A stretch of DNA of 64,000 nucleotides, taken from positions 26,352 to 90,351 of IMG/VR virus record IMGVR_UViG_3300044986_000731; one strand, written 5' to 3'. The position numbers and the translations under genes are program-made. Within the stretch, counting starts at the first letter, position 1. Each line of letters starts with the position of its first letter. This DNA comes from a virus. Positions 57,979 to 64,000 of the stretch are shown here, one piece after another. Below the pieces are notes generated by a model that did no database searches, had not been told where the DNA came from, and was given only the letters and a program-made list of their open reading frames with translations.

Positions 57979-59247
57979 ATGGCTACCGCAACCGCAACCC
58001 CCGCTTGGAAGTCCTACTCCGTTGGCTCGACCGTCGAGGTCAACGGCGTCGCATGGGTGATCACGGCCGTCGCGACTCGCCGCACCGAGCACGGTCGGCA
58101 GGGCCGCGTGTTCACGCTCGTCTCGCCGACCGGCGAGCGGGTCACGAAGTCCAGCCGTGGCATCACGCTGTGGGCGCAGAGCGGTGGCTCGCCCGCCGTC
58201 GAGTCTGAGGTCGAGACCGAGGTCGAGACCGTCGCCGAGGTGAGCATCGAGGCGGCACCGTCCGTCGCCGAGTCGTCGCTCGGCCGCGTGCTCGCGGAGG
58301 TGATCGAGCCGTACCTCGACTCGCGGGGCATCAAGGCCGGCATCGACCGCGACGAGGTGCTCTCCCTCGTCGACGAGCGGCTCGCCGAGACGCTCGTCAA
58401 GCGAGTGGTCGTCGAGGCTGCCGGCCGTCCGCCGGTGGACGTCGGGGTCCAGCACACGCGGTTCGACACGCTACTGTCGATCGTCGCGTGCCGTCTCAAC
58501 TGCTGGGTGCTCGGCCCTGCCGGCTCGTTCAAGACGTCGAGCGCCAAGAGTGTCGCCAGTGCCCTGCAACTGCCCTTCTATACGGTCGGCGTCGGCAGGC
58601 AGACGACGCAGTCGCAATTGATCGGATACAAGAACGCGGCCACCGGCGAGTACGTCTCCACGCAACTGCGTCAGGCGTACGAGCACGGCGGAGTGTTCCT
58701 TCTCGACGAGTGCGACGCCGCGTCGCCGGAGGTGTTGGTCACGATCAACGCACTGCTGGCGAACGGCCACTACGGCTTCCCCGACGCCGTGGTCGCGAAG
58801 CACCCGGACTTCGTGTTGCTCGCGGCTGCGAACACGACAGGGCAGGGTGCCAACTGGCAGTACGTCGGCCGGTGCCAGATCGACGCCGCGACGCTCGATC
58901 GGTTCGTGTTTCTTCAGTTTGACTACGACCCGACCTACGAGGCCGCAATCCTCGGCGTGCCGGTGTCGCTGTTCGACGGTCTGCCGCGTGTCTCGCCGCA
59001 GGTGTTCGAGGACACCTCCGACGCGGCTGCGGTCGAGACTCGCCGTCAGAACTTCATCCGAGCGGTCAATCGCGTGCGGGCGTCGATCAACCGCCTCGGC
59101 AAGGGCGTGAGGCACCTCGTCAGCCCGCGTGCCCTGTTCGCCGGGTCGGACCTGATCCGCCGTGGGTGGAGCGTGGAGGACGCGCTGGAGTCTTGCGTCT
59201 GGAAGGGCTGCGACGCCGACACGCGGAGCAAGATCGAGTCGAACTGA
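57979..59247 (+). CDS. MoxR/CbbQ-like AAA+ ATPase
   Basis: GPAGSFKT, VFLLDECD, HPDF...AANT.G.G...YVGR..IDAATLDRF, VSPR. Confidence 0.85.
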   Translation: MATATATPAWKSYSVGSTVEVNGVAWVITAVATRRTEHGRQGRVFTLVSPTGERVTKSSRGITLWAQSGGSPAVESEVETEVETVAEVSIEAAPSVAESSLGRVLAEVIEPYLDSRGIKAGIDRDEVLSLVDERLAETLVKRVVVEAAGRPPVDVGVQHTRFDTLLSIVACRLNCWVLGPAGSFKTSSAKSVASALQLPFYTVGVGRQTTQSQLIGYKNAATGEYVSTQLRQAYEHGGVFLLDECDAASPEVLVTINALLANGHYGFPDAVVAKHPDFVLLAAANTTGQGANWQYVGRCQIDAATLDRFVFLQFDYDPTYEAAILGVPVSLFDGLPRVSPQVFEDTSDAAAVETRRQNFIRAVNRVRASINRLGKGVRHLVSPRALFAGSDLIRRGWSVEDALESCVWKGCDADTRSKIESN

Positions 59248-59270
59248 CGCATAGTCTGGAAGCACTCACC

Positions 59271-59296
59271 GCCCCCCGGCAATCGGGCCGGGGGGC
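59271..59296. other. GC-rich intergenic hairpin (no U-tail)
   Basis: GCCCCCCGGC-AATCGG-GCCGGGGGGC. Confidence 0.6.
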
Positions 59297-59319
59297 ACAA
59301 ACGCAAAGGGGACACCGCG

Positions 59320-60168
59320 ATGCAGACCACGACGACCAGCAATCTGCGACGAATCGACTTCGACTCGTTTGGAGAGTTCCTCTCGTTCGCCGAGGATCAG
59401 GTACCCGAGGCCGACCGGGGCCGGTACCGCGACACCGAATGCCGCTCGTGGTCGACCACGCACGAGAGGTTTCATGGCACGCGAACCTTCGCTGAGGCCC
59501 GAGACCTCGCCCGGCGTGGCTGGGCCGAGGGCGTCGCAAAACTCACCGAGACTCGCGAGCGTCTCGGCGGCACGCTCGCCCGCGCCGTGAGCACCGCTCT
59601 CGCGAGCGACACGGTCTGGGGTGTCGAGGGCACGTTCTTCGACATCGGCCGGATCGCGATTGGCGAGCCTGAGTGCTGCGGCTACGAGGCTGCCGGCGAC
59701 GTCGCGTCCACTCGGATCGTCGACGTTCGCATCAACGTGTCCTCGTCGGCCTGCTGCACCGAGGAGGAGTTCGTGGCTCGCGGAGCCGTGGCACTCGCCG
59801 TGATCGACACGCTGGAGAGTCTCGGAGAGCGGGTCGCGGTCACCATCGGCTCGTCAGCGAAGGCGAACAACGTCACCTACGAATGGACCGCTCCGGCCAA
59901 GTCTCCAGACCAGCCGCTCGACCTCGACAGGCTCGCGTTTTTCTTCGCGCACCGGTCGGCACTCCGCCGGTACGGATTCAGCGTGTACGAAAAATTGGGT
60001 CGCCCGGGCGGGGGCCTCCCGCAGCCGTTCGCCGGCGACCGCGAGTCTGGCCGGCACATCGACGTCCCGCACATCCTGCGTGGGGGCGGCAGGCTGACGC
60101 CGGCCGAGTTCGCGGCTCTCGTCCAGCGGCTGTGCAAGGAGGTCGGCGTGGAGTTTGAGGTCAGTTGA
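59320..60168 (+). CDS. vWA-like partner of the MoxR ATPase (paralog 1)
   Basis: GW.EG, D.GRIAIGEPECC, RGAV.LA.ID.LE, LDLDRLAF..AH.S..RR.GF. Confidence 0.65.
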   Translation: MQTTTTSNLRRIDFDSFGEFLSFAEDQVPEADRGRYRDTECRSWSTTHERFHGTRTFAEARDLARRGWAEGVAKLTETRERLGGTLARAVSTALASDTVWGVEGTFFDIGRIAIGEPECCGYEAAGDVASTRIVDVRINVSSSACCTEEEFVARGAVALAVIDTLESLGERVAVTIGSSAKANNVTYEWTAPAKSPDQPLDLDRLAFFFAHRSALRRYGFSVYEKLGRPGGGLPQPFAGDRESGRHIDVPHILRGGGRLTPAEFAALVQRLCKEVGVEFEVS

Positions 60169-60193
60169 CGCGACGTCGCGGCTACGCTAGAAT
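60165..60193 (+). promoter_or_regulatory. sigma70 promoter P2 with the same palindrome
   Basis: TTGACG-17-TAGAAT; CGCGACGTCGCG at 60169-80. Confidence 0.8.
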
Positions 60194-60229
60194 CGGGGTA
60201 GTTCGAGAACACTAACCAAGGGACATGAG

Positions 60230-61078
60230 ATGAAGACACGAACGTACAACTTCGACTCGGTCGGCGAGTTCGCGGCGAAGTCGCTCGCGGCGGCGAGGGG
60301 GCCGTCGAGCGTGGGCAGCGAGTTCGCGGCGGAAAACCAGCGAGACTTCTACGGGACGAAGAGTATCAAGGAGGCGGAGGGCCTGTTGGCGAAGGGCTGG
60401 CCCGATGGCGCGGCGCGGATCGCCCGGCTCCGCGACAAACTGAACGTGGTCGTCCGCGAGGCTGCCGCGTCTCGGGTCCGCGACACGGTCTGGGGGGTGG
60501 AGGGCGAGTGGTGCGATGTCGGCCGCATCGCCATCGGCGAGCCTGAGTGCTGCGCTCGCGTCGACAGCGAGGGCGACGGCGAGACGGGCCGCGTGGTCAC
60601 GCTGCGCTACAACGCGGCCGTGTCCGGGTCCGTGTCCACGACTGCGATCGAGGCGAGAGGCGTTGCCGTGCTCGCGGCCGTCGACCTGATCGAGGCGAGC
60701 GGCGTCCGGTGCGAGGTGATCTACTCGCAGGGCAGCAGGGGGATGGGTCCAAATCTGGAATGCAACGTCGTGGTGAAGGCTGCCGACACCCCTGTCGACC
60801 TCGACCGCCTCGCGTTCGTGCTGGTGCACCCGAGTTTCTTCCGCCGGATCGGCTTCGCGTTCCTTGAAGGTCACGGTCACAAGCCGAGCGGCACGTACCC
60901 GGCCCCGCTCTCGGACGTCGGCAAGCGACCGGGCACGGTCGAGATCAACGAGGTCTGCACGGCGAGTGGCCTCGACGACGGCGAACTCGCCGAGAACGTC
61001 TTGAAGATCGCCGCAGCGTGCGGCATCGTGATCGACGAGGGCGTCGCGGAGCGAATCCTAGAGGAGGTGGCATCGTGA
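60230..61078 (+). CDS. vWA-like partner of the MoxR ATPase (paralog 2)
   Basis: Same motifs and same length (282 aa) as paralog 1. Confidence 0.65.
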   Translation: MKTRTYNFDSVGEFAAKSLAAARGPSSVGSEFAAENQRDFYGTKSIKEAEGLLAKGWPDGAARIARLRDKLNVVVREAAASRVRDTVWGVEGEWCDVGRIAIGEPECCARVDSEGDGETGRVVTLRYNAAVSGSVSTTAIEARGVAVLAAVDLIEASGVRCEVIYSQGSRGMGPNLECNVVVKAADTPVDLDRLAFVLVHPSFFRRIGFAFLEGHGHKPSGTYPAPLSDVGKRPGTVEINEVCTASGLDDGELAENVLKIAAACGIVIDEGVAERILEEVAS

Positions 61079-61284
61079 TGATCACGTCGGAGCATCCGCT
61101 GCATGCCGCAGCGCGTGCGAGACTCGAAGCCAGCGACCGGCTGCGGCCGTACATCGAGTGGCTGCTTTATGACCCGGAGTCTGAGTCGCACTGCGAGTGG
61201 ATCGCCACCGGCGACGAGGACGAGATCGAGGACTTTGGCGAGACTCTCAAACTGGTGACCGAGTACCTAGCGGCGGGAGGGTGA
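61075..61284 (+). CDS. hypothetical acidic protein
   Basis: GGAGG RBS, GTGA overlap. Confidence 0.55.
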   Translation: MMITSEHPLHAAARARLEASDRLRPYIEWLLYDPESESHCEWIATGDEDEIEDFGETLKLVTEYLAAGG

Positions 61285-61288
61285 CGCG

Positions 61289-61507
61289 ATGATCCTGTGG
61301 AGACGATACGGCGCGGTGCACGTCGGCACGACCGACTGCGGCCTGCGATTCGAGGTTCGGCGTCGACGAGGTGATCGGTGCTACTCGCTCTCGACTCGCA
61401 CCGCCGCCGGCGGCGAGCGCGAGTGGTGCACCGGCTACCAGTCGGTGAGTGCGGCTCAGGTGGCGGCGTTGGTCACGGCTGCGTCCATCGTGAGGGAGGC
61501 TCGATGA
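61289..61507 (+). CDS. hypothetical protein
   Basis: GGAGG RBS. Confidence 0.5.
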   Translation: MILWRRYGAVHVGTTDCGLRFEVRRRRGDRCYSLSTRTAAGGEREWCTGYQSVSAAQVAALVTAASIVREAR

Positions 61508-61953
61508 TGCAGACGTTCCTTCCGCACCCGTCGTTCGGCGACACAGCCGCATGCCTCGACTACCGACGTCTCGGCAAGCAGCGAGTCGAGGCGAAGCAAC
61601 TCCTGCTTGCTCTCGGCGTCGCCGTCGGCTCGCACCTGCCGAATTCTGGATGGACAAACCATCCGGCCTGCGGCATGTGGCGAGGCTTCGAGGGTGGCCT
61701 GTGCGAGTACGCAGTCGCGATCTGCGAGGAGTGGCTGCGTCGCGGCTACCGCGACTCCCTGCTGCCGCAGTTCGTCGAGGCGGGATCAAGACTCTCGCGA
61801 GTCTTGCCGCCGTGGCTGGGCGACCATGCGTTCCACGCGAGCCACCGGTCGAACCTGCTCAGAAAACTCCCCGAGCACTACTCGCGGTTCGGGTGGGCCG
61901 AGCCGGATGATCTGCCCTACGTGTGGCCGAGGGCCGGAGGTATTGCGGCATGA
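61504..61953 (+). CDS. pyrimidine-dimer DNA glycosylase / DenV-like (MSMEG_6728 family)
   Basis: MQTFLP....A..LD..RLGKQRVE, GW.NHPA..MWRG, PPWLG...FH.SHRSNLLRK. Confidence 0.85.
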   Translation: MMQTFLPHPSFGDTAACLDYRRLGKQRVEAKQLLLALGVAVGSHLPNSGWTNHPACGMWRGFEGGLCEYAVAICEEWLRRGYRDSLLPQFVEAGSRLSRVLPPWLGDHAFHASHRSNLLRKLPEHYSRFGWAEPDDLPYVWPRAGGIAA

Positions 61954-62183
61954 ACACGATCGACCCAACAGAGCCGTACCACGACGTCCGACTGGGCCTG
62001 ACCGCCTTGCAGGCCGAGTACCTGCGACAGGTGCTCGACGCCGAGGCAGACAGCATCGCCGAGGAACTCGGTGGCCGCGAGGACGAGGAACTCGAAGAGA
62101 CAATCCAGTACCTCGAAGCGATCGTCGCAAAACTCGACCGCGCAATTGAAGAGGGGAGGAAGCAGCGATGCAGTGGCTCGTAG
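61950..62183 (+). CDS. acidic helical hypothetical protein
   Basis: GGAGG RBS, ATGA overlap. Confidence 0.55.
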   Translation: MNTIDPTEPYHDVRLGLTALQAEYLRQVLDAEADSIAEELGGREDEELEETIQYLEAIVAKLDRAIEEGRKQRCSGS

Positions 62184-62329
62184 CCTGCCGCCTCGGCGGC
62201 AAGAATGTCGTGTTCGCGTTCCCGACCAAGGCCTCGGCGAGGGCCTTCGCCCGGGACTGCCGGGGCTGGGGCGTCGAGACGGCGATCGCCAAAAATACCC
62301 CTATTTCCCGGCGGAAACAGGGTACTTGA
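62168..62329 (+). CDS. 53-aa hypothetical protein (MQWLVACRLGGK...)
   Basis: GGAGG RBS; below ORF-track cutoff. Confidence 0.45.
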   Translation: MQWLVACRLGGKNVVFAFPTKASARAFARDCRGWGVETAIAKNTPISRRKQGT

Positions 62330-62354
62330 CACGACGTCGCGGGTAGCGTAGATT
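62326..62354 (+). promoter_or_regulatory. sigma70 promoter P3 with CGACGTCGCG operator
   Basis: TTGACA-17-TAGATT. Confidence 0.8.
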
Positions 62355-62393
62355 TGTGGGTAGTTCGGGGCCATCAACCAAAGGAGACTCCCA

Positions 62394-62786
62394 GTGAAGA
62401 CCTACCTCATCCACTTTCGCGGCCACGGCTCCCTGAGCGAGACCAAGACTCTCGATGCAACCGAGGCCGGGCTGACGGCCGCTGCTCGTGCGGCGGCTGA
62501 GTACTGGTGCCGCTCGAACCGGTCGCCATTCTGTGTCTACACAGTCGACAACGCATTCCCGCAAATCGGCGAAGACCTCGTCTGCACAGTGACTGTCGAC
62601 GTCGACGCCCCTTACACGGTGTTTGTGAGGGACAATCACTCTGGTAGGGATTTCGGCCACGACTTCCGAAGGAAGTGCGACGCCGAGTCGTTTGTCGAGC
62701 GTTGCCGAGAAGCCGGAATCAAGCACTTCGAGATCAATCTCGTGATCTGGCTGAAGAATAAGCCCCGCAAGGTGGCGACGAGGTGA
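62394..62786 (+). CDS. hypothetical early protein
   Basis: AAGGAG RBS, GTG. Confidence 0.65.
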   Translation: MKTYLIHFRGHGSLSETKTLDATEAGLTAAARAAAEYWCRSNRSPFCVYTVDNAFPQIGEDLVCTVTVDVDAPYTVFVRDNHSGRDFGHDFRRKCDAESFVERCREAGIKHFEINLVIWLKNKPRKVATR

Positions 62787-62846
62787 CATCTACCCGGCGG
62801 CAACGTCGCTGTCGGGCAAGGCCACGAAACGAAAGGGAACGCAACC

Positions 62847-63107
62847 ATGACCTCGACCAACACGATCAAGTGGATTCGCCATGAAGTGCCCCGCAACTGG
62901 CAGCCGGGCACGACACTCTACTCGGCCTCCGGCCCGTTCGAGTGGGCTGGCGACTGTGCGTTCGAGATCGCATGCGGCAACACCATCGGCAAGCCGTACT
63001 CGCTCAGGCTCGTCTATTCGAGCGGAGCACGCGAGTTCGTCGGCGCGTTCGCGACGGTGAGCGGTGCGAAGCAGCGGGCGAAGAAGTTCGGAACGTGGCG
63101 AGGCTGA
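62847..63107 (+). CDS. hypothetical early protein
   Basis: AAGGG RBS. Confidence 0.6.
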   Translation: MTSTNTIKWIRHEVPRNWQPGTTLYSASGPFEWAGDCAFEIACGNTIGKPYSLRLVYSSGAREFVGAFATVSGAKQRAKKFGTWRG

Positions 63108-63156
63108 GAGAACGACACCGAGACACGAACCCTCAGAGACGAAAGGAACCACGACG

Positions 63157-63375
63157 ATGCGACTGAACGAACAACGCGACACCCTGCTGGCTGCGGTTGA
63201 CGACGCCAGTAGGCTCATCCACGAACTGCGGTGCCGAGTCTTGCGCAAGACTACGCAGCCCTACGGGGACGGCTCCCGCAGCGATGTGGTCAACGTCAAC
63301 AGCGATGTCCTGCCGCAACTGGTCGAGGTGCTCGACCGGCTTCAGGGCGCGAGAGATCAGGTCACGTACGGCTGA
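63157..63375 (+). CDS. hypothetical early protein
   Basis: AAGGA RBS, ATG 63157. Confidence 0.55.
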   Translation: MRLNEQRDTLLAAVDDASRLIHELRCRVLRKTTQPYGDGSRSDVVNVNSDVLPQLVEVLDRLQGARDQVTYG

Positions 63376-63404
63376 GTAGTCTGGAAACCCAAAGGAGCAA
63401 CCCC

Positions 63405-63833
63405 ATGAGCATCGAAATCAACTCACCCGAGACGGTCGCATCGCGGCACTTCACCCTCCCGGTAGACGTGCCGAATCCCGTCCACGACGGCCGCTGCCGT
63501 CACGGACTGCGAGGCGTGAAGGCGTTCAAGGCAGGCACCACGGTCTACGCAGTGGACTACGACCAGTCGGTGGTCGTCCAAGGCAAGAGGGTCGTGCGGT
63601 CTTTCACTGAGTATCGAGTCGGCCACGTCGTCCGCGAACTCGCTCCCGAGGCGCTCGCCGCGTTACTTGCGCCGCACGACACGCGAGAAGCCCGCCCGGC
63701 CTCGACGCTCGAAGAGGTCTCCGCCGAGGAGGGAGTGTCGGTGAACTGCATCTGCGAGTACGCGGTCCGCCGGCTTCTCGCCGATGGAGCGATCACGATC
63801 GCAGACGTCCAGCGTTTCTATCGAGAGTCTTGA
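63405..63833 (+). CDS. hypothetical early protein
   Basis: AAGGAG RBS, ATG 63405. Confidence 0.6.
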   Translation: MSIEINSPETVASRHFTLPVDVPNPVHDGRCRHGLRGVKAFKAGTTVYAVDYDQSVVVQGKRVVRSFTEYRVGHVVRELAPEALAALLAPHDTREARPASTLEEVSAEEGVSVNCICEYAVRRLLADGAITIADVQRFYRES

Positions 63834-63848
63834 GAGGAGACACATCCC

Positions 63849-64000
63849 ATGACCGGCCCCTGCATCGTCACGACCTATCGAGGACCGACCGAGACCCGAG
63901 GCGCGAGGATCATCTCACGGTGCCTCAACCTGCGATCGATGACCATCTCGTAAAACCACGAACTGTCGGCTACGGAGAATCACGCCCTCGCGGCGAGGGT
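63849..64000 (+). pseudogene. phage protein with in-frame TAA (possible pseudogene or sequencing error)
   Basis: MTGPCIVTTYRGPTETRGARIISRC...TIS*NHELSATENHALAA; the frame continues protein-like past TAA 63951. Confidence 0.45.

Noticed and set aside
59271-59296. Intrinsic terminator
   Set aside because: Strong stem but no U-tract on either strand; kept only as a hairpin.

Overview
This window is most of the genome of a high-GC, temperate, HK97/lambda-type tailed phage (siphovirus). The host may be a planctomycete or other PVC bacterium, but that is inference only. Gene order: glycosyltransferases; a papain-like peptidase and membrane-protein cluster; tail-fibre-like genes; GT and methyltransferase; HNH; a ~1 kb repeat-rich non-coding region (probable cos and/or origin); TerS, TerL; a greatly expanded head module; capsid, neck and tail genes with a canonical -1 frameshift chaperone; tape measure; a 2324-aa tail protein; integrase with a candidate tRNA-fMet attP; gmd/fcl; a MoxR-like ATPase with two paralogous partners; a DenV-like glycosylase; small early genes. 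The strongest candidate for an undescribed system is the head module (17450-33543). The portal, a 2168-aa protein, the prohead protease and a 796-aa protein are strings of enzyme-like domains (4 GNAT-like, 2 HExxH peptidase, HhH-glycosylase-like, HiPIP-like, P-loop). They are punctuated by 11 copies of a Cys-bracketed tag, typically C-x-R-x(2-3)-G-[RQT]-F-x-x-[GK]-N-x-C. Ten copies sit just after E-x-R, and the same E-S-R lies at the predicted capsid maturation junction. This suggests protease-processed, tagged, virion-packaged cargo polyproteins. Other notable signals: a triple CANGGANG hairpin (CsrA/RsmA-type) element, three sigma70 promoters sharing one operator, a gene nested in the portal, a virion-glycosylation toolkit, and apparent avoidance of several restriction sites. 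All functional calls come from motif recognition by eye; no searches were run.
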